Assembly (NCBI GenBank): GCA_963775055.1
Contig: CAVZHK010000001.1
Location: 13,402 to 77,401 of the forward strand
DNA: 64,000 nucleotides
Source: an uncultured Acidimicrobiaceae bacterium
GTDB lineage: Bacteria; Actinomycetota; Acidimicrobiia; Acidimicrobiales; CAIXPF01
Reading direction: 5' to 3'
Shown here: positions 1-8,732 of the stretch, piece after piece
Position numbering within the stretch: position 1 is the stretch's first letter
Layout of the letters: the number at the start of each line of letters is the position of its first letter
Program-made: the position numbers and the translations under genes
The notes under the pieces: model-generated
Databases searched by the model: none
The model's input: the letters and a program-made list of their open reading frames with translations, nothing else
What the model was told of the DNA's origin: nothing

Positions 1-626
1 GGGTGGTGGTGGCCAGCGCCAGCGGGCCGATGAGCGGCAACCAACCCTGCGCAACTGTGGCCACCCGTTGCAGCGTCAGCCGGCTGTTGCCACCCAGCCA
101 AATGGGAATTGGCTGTTGCACCGCCGCGGGCAGGCACCGGGTGTCTCGGGCCTCGAAGCCGCGGCCGCCGTAGCTGAAGGTCTCACCGCGCCAGGCCAAC
201 GGGAGCACCGCCAACGCCTCGTCGAGATCTTCGTTGCGTGCGGCGAAGTCGGCGCCCACCGCCCGGAATTCAGCCTTGAGGTAACCGGCGCCGGCGCCCA
301 ACACCAAGCGACCATCTGACAGTTGATCGACGCTGGCGGCAGCCTTGGCCACCATCAGTGGGTTCCGATATGGCAGTACCGTAAGGTATGTTACCAGCCG
401 CAGCCGGGAGGTCACCGCGGCCGCCGCTCCGAGAGCCACGAACGGGTCGAGCGTCTGATGTCCCCCGGCCCCCAACCATCGATCGGTCGGCGCGGGGTGT
501 TCGGTGAAGGCCAAGCCGCTCCAGCCGGCGGACTCCGCTGCGATGGCCAGTTCCGGCACCGATCCGGCGTCGAGCAAGGACCCGTCAGGTCCCAAGCAGT
601 CGGGATAGAGAAAGACAAAGCGCACC
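1..626 (-). CDS. LLM-class (luciferase-like) F420-dependent oxidoreductase; the 3' end runs off the window
   Basis: My own minus-strand translation from GTG 626 (AGGAGG 8 nt upstream) reads VRFVFLYP...AGWSGLAFTEHP...LVLGAGAGYLKAEF...IPIWLGGNS. This is a typical LLM fold signature. The ORF is absent from the track because it is open at the window edge. Confidence 0.75.
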
Positions 627-1212
627 GTTCAATCCTCCTACCGGGGACCGTTCTCCCGGGCGACCCGAAGCCCACCGATGTCCCGGGCGTGCCGTTCGCC
701 AAGCTCCATGCACCGACTCTGCCACACTTGGTCCGACTGCCAGCCCTGCGCCGCCCCGCCCGTACCCGAGGACCGCACCCGAGCCGCCGGGCGCCGCTGG
801 CGTGTCGGCGGCCAAACAGGATCGGCCCACTGACGGCCGGACCAAGCTGACGTCAGTCGCTGTCGCGCTACATGCTCAGCGGGCCCGAGTCTGAGAGACG
901 GCAGGCGCTCGTAGGGCCGGGAGTGCAACGGAGGGACCCCTGCGACCTGGCGCGGCACGCTGCTGTGCTGTGCGGGTATGACGGCCTGCGATGTCCCCCG
1001 CCGATCGCCCGCCGGTTGCCGGTTGCGAGCGGGTTGCTAAGTAGCGGCGAATCGACCTGGATTCGACCCTACAGTACGCCGCGACACTCTCTGTCGCCGC
1101 TGATCACAGAACGTGGCCAGACGTGTGTGGCAGGTCCAACCGCCGACCCTCTCAAGATCGTGCCCGGACCTTTCTCGCACCCACTCCAGGGAAGAGCCCG
1201 TGGGGACGTCCG

Positions 1213-1258
1213 ACGGCCTACGGCTTACGGCTTACGGCTTACGGTTTACGGCTTACGC
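1213..1258. repeat. 7-bp tandem repeat (ACGGCTT), about 6.5 copies
   Basis: Direct reading: acggcct acggctt acggctt acggctt acggttt acggctt acgc. It lies 49 bp upstream of the ATG at 1307. Confidence 0.95.
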
Positions 1259-1306
1259 TATGGCCCCCGGAGCCGGCCGCCCGGGACTCAAAGGGGGAAC
1301 ACGACC

Positions 1307-2602
1307 ATGGCTGAGACCCGACGCAGCGAGGACCACCAGACCTCGGCCCTTCGTGATGAGGTGCGGACCTGGCTGCGCGCCAACTGGGATGCGGAGCGAC
1401 CGCTGCTGGAATGGCGATCCATCCTGGCGGACTCAGGTTGGGGATGCCCCACCTGGCCGGTGCAGTGGTACGGCAAGGGCTTGGCACCGTCGCTGGCAGG
1501 GGTGGTGACCGAAGAGTTCCGTCGGGTGGGAGCGGTGGGCACCGCCACCGGTGCCGGCATGAGCCTGGCGGCCAACACCATGCTGGCCCACGGATCGGAC
1601 GAGCTGAAGGCCACCTACCTGAGGCCCATCGTGACCGGCGAGCACAAGTGGTGTCAGCTGTTCTCCGAGCCCGGCAGCGGTTCGGACCTGGCCGGGCTCA
1701 CCACCCGGGCCGTGCTCGACGGGGACGAGTGGACCGTCAACGGTCAGAAGGTGTGGAACACCGGGGCCCACAAGGCGCACCTGGGCATGCTGCTGGCCCG
1801 CACCGACTGGGAGGCAACCAAGCACCGGGGTCTCACGTTCTTCGTGATCGACATGTTGCAGGCCGGCGTCGAGGTCCGGCCACTACGCCAAATGAACTTC
1901 CACGCCTCGTTCAATGAGGTTTTCCTGAGCGACGCCCGGGTCCCCAGCAACAACGTGGTGGGCGAGATCAACGCCGGCTGGGCCGCGGCCACCACCACCT
2001 TGATGCACGAGCGGGGCATGGCCGCGGGCATCGGTCGATCACGTGGTGTGGTGGGCGGTCGTGGCGCGGATCGTGGCCCGCAGGGTCGCACCCAAACCGA
2101 GGCCGATGCCGAGAGCCGGGCCTATCGAGAGACCTACAGGTGGTATCCCCAGCGGGCCGGTCGTCCCGATCTCATCCCCGCGCAGGCCACCGCCCACGAC
2201 ATGAGCGCGGATCCCATCGCCCGCCAACGCATCGCCGCGGTGCACGCCTTCGAGCAGGCCGCCCGCTGGACCGCCCGCCGGGGACGCGCCGCCCGGGCCG
2301 CCGGCAAGCAACCGGGACCCGAGGGTTCACTGGGCAAGCTGTCCTCCAGCATCACCGCCCGGGCCTGCAACGACGCGCACACCCTCCTCATGGGTCCCCA
2401 CGCCATGCTCAGCGGTATGGATACCGACCAGCAGGGTCTGATCGCGGAGGTGTTGATCTCCACTCCGGCCCAATCCATCGCCGGCGGCACCGACGAGATC
2501 CAGCGCAACATCATGGGCGAACGGGTGTTGGGCCTCCCCAAGGAACCCTCCATCGACAACGACGTACCGTTCCGCGACGTGCGCACCAACGCCCGCCAGT
2601 AA
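1307..2602 (+). CDS. acyl-CoA dehydrogenase family protein
   Basis: ATG 1307 is preceded by AAGGGGGAA. Motifs include WCQLFSEPGSGSDLAGL, WTVNGQKVWNTGAH and IAGGTDEIQRNIMGERVLGLP. The 145 codons the track adds upstream (from 872) are low-complexity and include the heptamer repeat. Confidence 0.85.
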   Translation: MAETRRSEDHQTSALRDEVRTWLRANWDAERPLLEWRSILADSGWGCPTWPVQWYGKGLAPSLAGVVTEEFRRVGAVGTATGAGMSLAANTMLAHGSDELKATYLRPIVTGEHKWCQLFSEPGSGSDLAGLTTRAVLDGDEWTVNGQKVWNTGAHKAHLGMLLARTDWEATKHRGLTFFVIDMLQAGVEVRPLRQMNFHASFNEVFLSDARVPSNNVVGEINAGWAAATTTLMHERGMAAGIGRSRGVVGGRGADRGPQGRTQTEADAESRAYRETYRWYPQRAGRPDLIPAQATAHDMSADPIARQRIAAVHAFEQAARWTARRGRAARAAGKQPGPEGSLGKLSSSITARACNDAHTLLMGPHAMLSGMDTDQQGLIAEVLISTPAQSIAGGTDEIQRNIMGERVLGLPKEPSIDNDVPFRDVRTNARQ

Positions 2603-2824
2603 CCAGGGCCATCGAGCTCCACCGAGACATCAAGCTCCACCAACTCTCGGACTGCGGTGTTTCCGGGGTGTTTCTCCCGATGGTGCAGCGCGTGAACAAC
2701 CCCGGCGCGGCGCGGATTTGCGGCTGTTGACCGCTCTCATGGCTCAAGGGCGCCGGTGAGCGAATGGACCAGCGGCATACACAGAGGTGAAACCGGGACC
2801 TCACGCGCCGTCCGTACCGTGGCC

Positions 2825-2884
2825 ATCACACCTACCGACATCACACCTACCGACATCACACCTACCGACATCACACCCACCGAC
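2825..2884. repeat. 15-bp tandem repeat (ATCACACCTACCGAC) x4
   Basis: Four consecutive units; the last has one substitution. It ends 18 bp before the narK ATG and is in frame with it, reading (ITPTD)4 if translated. Confidence 0.95.
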
Positions 2885-2902
2885 CCAACCGGAGATTCCC
2901 CA

Positions 2903-4331
2903 ATGACGATGATGGATGAGGCCAACACTGCCGCCGACTCCGCGACGCTGCTGGTCGACACCCCGAAGCGCGCCACGGCAACCGGGGTCGGACACCGTCG
3001 GGGCAGCGGATGGATCGAGGAATGGCGGCCCGAGGATCCACTGTTTTGGGCAGATAGTGGCCAGAAGGTGGCCCGTCGCAATCTGATCTTCTCGATCCTG
3101 TCCGAGCACATCGGCTTCTCCATCTGGAGCCTCTGGTCAGTGTTCGTGCTCTTCCTCGGGCCCGAGTACGGCTTCACCCCGGCACAGAAGTTTCTGCTCA
3201 CCACCGTCAGCGGGGCGGTGGGCGCGGCGATGCGCATTCCCTACACCTTCGCCGTGGCCAAGGTGGGCGGCCGGAACTGGACCATCATCAGCGCCGCCCT
3301 GTTGGTGCTGCCCTGCGTCTACACGGCGTTGGTCTTGCGACCGGGTGTGGCGTTCGGCACGTTGCTGGTGGCGGCGGCCATTGGCGGGGTCGGCGGCGGC
3401 AACTTCTCCTCCTCCATGGCCAACATCGATGCCTTCTATCCCATCCGGCTCAAGGGCTGGGCGCTGGGACTCAACGCCGGCGGGGGCAACATCGGCGTTG
3501 CTGCCGTGCAACTGGTGGGCTTGGCGGTGCTGTCGGTGTTCGGCAAGGACCAACCCCGCATACTGATCGGCATCTACCTGCCGTTGGTGGCGGTATCGGC
3601 CCTGTGCGCCTGGTTCTTCATGGACAACCTGGCCACCGCCACCAACGATCGTGGGGCCATGCGTCAGGTGGCCCGCAACCCTCACACCTGGATCATCTCA
3701 TTTCTCTACATTGGTACCTTCGGCTCATTCATCGGCTTCTCCTTCGCCTTCGGGCAGGTGCTGCAGGTGCAGTTCTCCGAGACCTTCGACACCCCGGTGA
3801 AGGCCGCCTACCTGACGTTCCTGGGGCCGCTCTTGGGTTCGCTGATCCGGCCCTGGGGCGGGAAGTTGGCCGATCGCTTCGGCGGCTCGCGGGTGACCAT
3901 CACCACGTTCTGTGCCATGGCGGTGGGGGCAGCGGTGGTGCTGTCCGCCTCCCGCTCCCATTCACTGCCGTTGTTCGTGGCGGGCTTCGTGACGTTGTTC
4001 ATCCTGAGCGGGTTGGGCAACGGTTCCACGTACAAGATGATTCCCGCCATCTTCCAGGCCCGGGCCGTGCGGGAGGCCGATGCCGGTCGGGCCCACCTCG
4101 CTGACGCCACCGCCGACGGCCGCTTGATGGCCAGGGCCCTCATCGGCCTGGCCGGCGCCACCGGGGCCTTCGGCGGGGTGGCGGTGAACCTGGCGCTGCG
4201 CCAATCGTTCATGGCACGCCAGAGTGGCGGACGCGGCCTACCTGGCGTTCATCGCTTACTACGTCGCCTGCGTGGCCGTGGCCTGGTTCGTCTACCGCCG
4301 CCCCTCCGCTCGACGCCTGGCCGGTGTGTGA
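2903..4331 (+). pseudogene. narK: MFS nitrate/nitrite transporter NarK, with a frameshift near 4222-4236
   Basis: ATG 2903 follows GGAGA. The N-terminal 440 aa are MFS NarK-like (NLIFSILSEHIGFSIWSLW, GGGNFSSSMANI, GLGNGSTYKMIP). The expected C-terminus DAAYLAFIAYYVACVAVAWFVYRRP...GV* is read in the +1 frame and ends at TGA 4329-4331, overlapping the nirB ATG by 1 nt. Confidence 0.8.
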
Positions 4332-6880
4332 TGACCAACACCAGCAACACCACCACCAACAACGCCAAGCTGCCGATCGTTCTGGTCATCGGCAACGGCA
4401 TGGTGGGCCACCGGTTCGTGGAACGGGCGGTGGCGGCGGGGCTGCACCGGACCCACCGCCTCATCGTGGTGGGTGAGGAACCCCGCCGGGCCTACGACCG
4501 GGTGCATCTGTCCTCGTTCTTCGATGGTGCCAGCGCCGATGATCTGTTGTTGGGCGACGCCGATCTCTACCAGCAACCCAACGTCGAGTTAGTGGTGGGC
4601 GATCAGGTGGGTGCCCTCGACCCGCAGGCCAAGCTGGCCCACACCGCCAGCGGACGTACCATTCGGTATGCCAAGGCGGTGCTGGCTACCGGGTCCTTTC
4701 CCTTCGTTCCGCCCATCGCCGGCATCGACACCCCCGGCGTGTTCGTGTACCGCACCATTGAGGATCTCGAGGCCATCGCGGCGTGGGCCGCGGGGTGCCG
4801 AACCGGCGTGGTGGTGGGTGGTGGCCTGCTGGGTCTGGAGGCGGCCAACGCGCTGCGCCTGCTGGGCTTGAGCACCACCGTGGTGGAGTTCGCTCCCCGT
4901 CTCATGGCGGTACAACTCGATGACGGTGGGGGGAGGGCGCTGCGCCGGCGGGTCGAAGCTCTGGGCATCACCGTACTGACCGGTCTGGGCGCCAGCGCGG
5001 TGCGGGCCCACCCCAGCGGCGACGTGGCCGGACTGAGCTTCGGTGCCGGACCCGCCGGTCAGCAGCACGGCGATCTTGACGCCGACATGGTGGTCTTCGC
5101 CGCCGGCATCCGGCCCCGCGACGAGCTGTCCCGCAGCTGCGGTCTGACGCTGGGCGAACGAGGCGGGGTGCTCATCGACGACACCTGTGCCACGAGTTCG
5201 CCGGACATCTTCGCCATTGGGGAAGTGGCCTGCCACGAAGGCCGGGTCTACGGTCTGGTCGCACCCGGTTACGCCATGGCCGATGTGGTGGTTGACCGGT
5301 TGCTTGGTGGGGCTGGCACCTTCGAGCCCCGGGATCTCTCCACTCGGCTCAAGTTGCTGGGCGTGGAGGTGGCCAGCGTCGGTGATCCCCACGCCGACGG
5401 TGAAGAGGTGGTGCTGTCCGATCCCACCACCTCCAGTTGGCAGAAGGTGGTCCTCGACGGGGAGGGTCGGGTGCTCGGGGCGGTGCTGGTGGGCGACGCC
5501 GGGCCCTTCACCACGTTGGTGGCACGCCTGCGCGACGGCAAAGCGCTGGAGGATCCCCTCGCCGTGTTGCGACCCGCGGCGGCCGTGACCGGCACCAACG
5601 CCACGACCGGACCGGCTGGTATGGCCGATGACAGCCCGGTGTGCTCCTGCCAGAACGTCGCCTGCGGCACCATCCGCCAAGCGGTGCGGGACGGCGCCGA
5701 AACGGTGGCTGCGGTCAAGACCTGCACCGGCGCCGGAACCGGCTGTGGATCCTGTGTGGCCATGGTTGGCGAGCTCATCCACGTGGAATTGGCCGCCAGC
5801 GGCAAGGCCGTCACCCGTCGGCTCTGCCCCCACTTCGCGCTCACCCGACCAGAGCTGTTCGAGTTGGTGCGGATCAGTGGCGTCCGCAGCTTCGCCGACT
5901 TGGTCGCAACCCACGGCGAGGGTTCCGGTTGCGAGATCTGCAAGCCAGCGGTGGCATCGATGTTCGCCTCACTGGGCAACGGTTACATCCTCGATGGTGA
6001 GCAAGCCAGCCTGCAGGACACCAACGACCACTTCCTGGCCAACATCCAACGCGACGGGACATACTCTGTGGTACCCCGGGTGCCGGGTGGAGAGATCACC
6101 CCGACCCAGCTGCTGGCCATCGGCTCGGTGGCCGCGGACTTCGACCTATACACCAAGATCACCGGCGCCCAACGAATCGACCTGTTCGGTGCCCGGGTCG
6201 AGCAATTGCCGTTGATCTGGGCCCGCCTCATCGAGGCCGGATTGGAGTCCGGGCACGCCTACGGCAAAGCCTTGCGCACCGTGAAATCGTGCGTCGGATC
6301 CACCTGGTGCCGTTACGGGGTACAGGACTCGGTGCAGTTGGCCATTGATCTGGAGTTGCGTTATCGGGGCTTGCGGGCGCCGCACAAGATCAAGCTGGCA
6401 GTGTCAGGTTGCGCCCGGGAATGCGCCGAGGCCCAGGGCAAGGACGTGGGCGTCATCGCCACCGAGAAGGGCTGGAACCTCTATGTTGGCGGCAACGGTG
6501 GCATGCGCCCCGCTCATGGCGAGTTGCTGGCCACCGACCTGGACACCGAAACCCTGGTACGCGTCATCGACCGATACCTGATGTGGTACGTGCGCAGCGC
6601 CGAGCGACTGGAGCGCACCGCCACCTGGCAACGCAAGCTCCCCGGCGGCATCGATTTCGTGCGACGAGTGGTGCTGGAGGACGCGCTGGGCCTCAACGAT
6701 GAGCTCGAGGCCGACATGGCCAACCACGTGGCCACCTACCGCTGCGAATGGTCCGAGACCCTGGCGGACCCGTCGCGCCTGGCCCGCTTCGTGTCCTTCG
6801 TGAACTCCGACGAACCGGACCCCACCATCTCCCACATCCGGGTACGGGGCCAGTTGATTCCTGTGGAGGCCCGTTCATGA
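4331..6880 (+). CDS. nirB: NAD(P)H-dependent nitrite reductase large subunit
   Basis: N-terminal FAD/NAD Rossmann motif (IVLVIGNGMVGHRF). BFD-like 2Fe-2S motifs (CSCQNV...CTGAGTGCGSC, GSGCEICKP). Siroheme/4Fe-4S region (KSCVGSTWCRYG...VSGCARECAEAQ). Confidence 0.9.
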   Translation: MTNTSNTTTNNAKLPIVLVIGNGMVGHRFVERAVAAGLHRTHRLIVVGEEPRRAYDRVHLSSFFDGASADDLLLGDADLYQQPNVELVVGDQVGALDPQAKLAHTASGRTIRYAKAVLATGSFPFVPPIAGIDTPGVFVYRTIEDLEAIAAWAAGCRTGVVVGGGLLGLEAANALRLLGLSTTVVEFAPRLMAVQLDDGGGRALRRRVEALGITVLTGLGASAVRAHPSGDVAGLSFGAGPAGQQHGDLDADMVVFAAGIRPRDELSRSCGLTLGERGGVLIDDTCATSSPDIFAIGEVACHEGRVYGLVAPGYAMADVVVDRLLGGAGTFEPRDLSTRLKLLGVEVASVGDPHADGEEVVLSDPTTSSWQKVVLDGEGRVLGAVLVGDAGPFTTLVARLRDGKALEDPLAVLRPAAAVTGTNATTGPAGMADDSPVCSCQNVACGTIRQAVRDGAETVAAVKTCTGAGTGCGSCVAMVGELIHVELAASGKAVTRRLCPHFALTRPELFELVRISGVRSFADLVATHGEGSGCEICKPAVASMFASLGNGYILDGEQASLQDTNDHFLANIQRDGTYSVVPRVPGGEITPTQLLAIGSVAADFDLYTKITGAQRIDLFGARVEQLPLIWARLIEAGLESGHAYGKALRTVKSCVGSTWCRYGVQDSVQLAIDLELRYRGLRAPHKIKLAVSGCARECAEAQGKDVGVIATEKGWNLYVGGNGGMRPAHGELLATDLDTETLVRVIDRYLMWYVRSAERLERTATWQRKLPGGIDFVRRVVLEDALGLNDELEADMANHVATYRCEWSETLADPSRLARFVSFVNSDEPDPTISHIRVRGQLIPVEARS

Positions 6881-7269
6881 ATCCCCCCGACAACGGCCCC
6901 GCACCCCTCAACACGGCAACTGCGGTCCTGATCAGGACGGCGCGTCCCGCCGGTGCGGAGACGGTGTGCAACCTGTCACGGCTCACCATCAACCGGGGGG
7001 TGTGCGCGCTGGTGCACGGTCAGGCGGTGGCGGTGTTCCTGCTGACCGACGGCACGGTCCGGGCGGTTGGGAACCTCGATCCCTGCTCCGGCGCCAGCAT
7101 CATGAGTCGCGGTTTGATCGGCGATGTGCTGGGCGAACCCACGGTGGCCTCGCCCATGTACAAGCAGCGCTTCTCCCTGCTTGACGGCCGCTGCTTCGAT
7201 ATGGACGATGTCCGTCTGCGGATCCACCCGGCCGGGATCACCGGGGACACGGTGTGGGTGACGCTGTGA
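6877..7269 (+). CDS. nirD: nitrite reductase small subunit (Rieske-like)
   Basis: ATGA overlap with the nirB stop. About 130 aa with GVCALVHGQAVAVF...NLDPCSGASIMSRGLIGD...VASPMYKQRFSL..G. Confidence 0.85.
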   Translation: MNPPDNGPAPLNTATAVLIRTARPAGAETVCNLSRLTINRGVCALVHGQAVAVFLLTDGTVRAVGNLDPCSGASIMSRGLIGDVLGEPTVASPMYKQRFSLLDGRCFDMDDVRLRIHPAGITGDTVWVTL

Positions 7270-8732
7270 GTCCCGTGGCAGTCTCCCTGGGACCGAAACC
7301 CGCCCGGCTGTCAGGCTGGTTGCAGGCGGATCCCGAGGACCCCGCCACATCCGTCGCACCGACCGGCACGGGGGGCTTTCCCGACTTGCTGGCCCTCGAC
7401 GCCGGTGAGCAGTACCGCTTCGGGTTCAACATGAACGCTTGCATCGGCTGTCACTCCTGCGAGGTTGCCTGCGCCGAACAGAACGGCCTACCAGCTGGTA
7501 CGGTATGGCGCAGGGTGGGCGAGCTCGAAGGTGGCGATCATCCCACCACCAAGCGGTTCCATCTGTCCATGTCCTGCAACCATTGCGTGGAACCGGCCTG
7601 TCTGCAGGGTTGTCCTACCAACGCCTATCTGAAGCTCGACAACGGTGTGGTGGTGCAACACCCGGAAGATTGCGTTGGTTGCCAGTACTGCACCTGGAAC
7701 TGCCCGTACTCGGTGCCGGTGTTCCAGCCCGACCGTCGCATCGTCACCAAGTGCGACCTGTGCCAACCCCGCCTGGCCGAAGGGATGGCCCCGGCCTGCG
7801 TGAACGCTTGTCCCACCAACGCCATCACGTTGGAAAAGGTCAACATCGCGGCCTGGCGCGCCGATCACCGCGACGGCGACGCCCCGGCGCTGCCCTCGGC
7901 GGATCTCACCCTGTCCACCACCCGCATCACCCTGCCCGCCGCGGTGGCCGACGTACCGGACGGTGTGTTCTCCGTCAGCGACTGGAACCTTCGGCCGGAA
8001 CACCCTCATTGGTCCCTCGTGTGGTTGACCCTGCTCAGCCAGTTGGCGGTGGGCCTGTCCCTCGATGCCTCCTCTCTGGGCGAGCGTCTGGCCAGCGCTG
8101 TGGTGGCCGCCGCCGCGTTGACCGGGGCGTTGTTCCATCTGGGCCGCCCCGCCATGGCCTACAAGGCGTTCCGGAACTTGCGTCGCTCCTGGCTGAGCCG
8201 TGAGGTGGCGCTGCTGTCCCTGTTCGGCGTGCTGGCACCGGCGGCGGCGCTGTTGCCGGCACTGCGCCCCGCAGCGGCTGTGAGCGGTCTGGCCGGCGTG
8301 TACGCCTCGGCCCGGCTGTATGTGGTGCCCGGCCGACCGGCATGGAACAGCCCGCTCACCATCATCCGATTCTTCGCCACCACCGTGGCCCTTGGTGGCG
8401 CCCTCACCGGGGCCCGTGCCGCGGTGGCGGTTGCCCTGGCCATCTCCTGCGGGGCCACCGCCCTCAACTGGGCCCGGCTGGCCCGCAAGGCCGATCCCGC
8501 CTGGCGCGGCGCCGTTCGGCTGGAGTTGGGTTGGTTCCGTGCCGCCACGGTGGCCCGTTTCGTCCTGGCGGGGTTGGCCACCGCGGCGGCGCTGGCGGGT
8601 GCTCCTCTCGCCCTGGTGTTCGTGACCGCGCTGGCCAGCGAGGCCATCGGGCGCTGGCTGTTCTACGTCTGCGTGGTACCGCTCAACATGCCCGGCGCCT
8701 TCTGGCGTCACGCCGCCGGGACCCACCGATGA
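7266..8732 (+). CDS. 4Fe-4S dicluster ferredoxin (DmsB-like) fused to a DmsC-type membrane anchor
   Basis: GTGA overlap with the nirD stop (alternative GTG at 7254). Four Cys clusters: CIGCHSCEVAC, CNHCVEPAC, CVGCQYCTWNCP, CDLC...CVNACP. The C-terminal half is polytopic and carries HLGRPAMAYKAFRNLRRSWLSREV, the DmsC family signature. Confidence 0.75.
   Translation: MSPVAVSLGPKPARLSGWLQADPEDPATSVAPTGTGGFPDLLALDAGEQYRFGFNMNACIGCHSCEVACAEQNGLPAGTVWRRVGELEGGDHPTTKRFHLSMSCNHCVEPACLQGCPTNAYLKLDNGVVVQHPEDCVGCQYCTWNCPYSVPVFQPDRRIVTKCDLCQPRLAEGMAPACVNACPTNAITLEKVNIAAWRADHRDGDAPALPSADLTLSTTRITLPAAVADVPDGVFSVSDWNLRPEHPHWSLVWLTLLSQLAVGLSLDASSLGERLASAVVAAAALTGALFHLGRPAMAYKAFRNLRRSWLSREVALLSLFGVLAPAAALLPALRPAAAVSGLAGVYASARLYVVPGRPAWNSPLTIIRFFATTVALGGALTGARAAVAVALAISCGATALNWARLARKADPAWRGAVRLELGWFRAATVARFVLAGLATAAALAGAPLALVFVTALASEAIGRWLFYVCVVPLNMPGAFWRHAAGTHR

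Noticed and set aside
872-1306. 145-codon N-terminal extension of the acyl-CoA dehydrogenase ORF
   Set aside because: The extension is Arg/Pro/Gly-rich, contains the translated heptamer repeat and has no domain. An SD-supported ATG at 1307 gives a normal-length enzyme.
4589-5914. 441-aa minus-strand ORF opposite nirB
   Set aside because: It is an antisense shadow ORF typical of high-GC DNA. Its composition (G/A/R/H-rich) has no motifs, whereas the plus strand has clear NirB motifs.
2756-6880. 1374-aa ORF suggesting a natural NarK-NirB fusion protein
   Set aside because: The NarK C-terminal helix and its stop codon are present in the +1 frame immediately before the nirB ATG (TGATG overlap). 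The long ORF therefore results from a frameshift, not a designed fusion.
7488-8726. 412-aa minus-strand ORF opposite the ferredoxin-anchor gene
   Set aside because: Antisense shadow with low-complexity Gly/Arg/Gln-rich translation.
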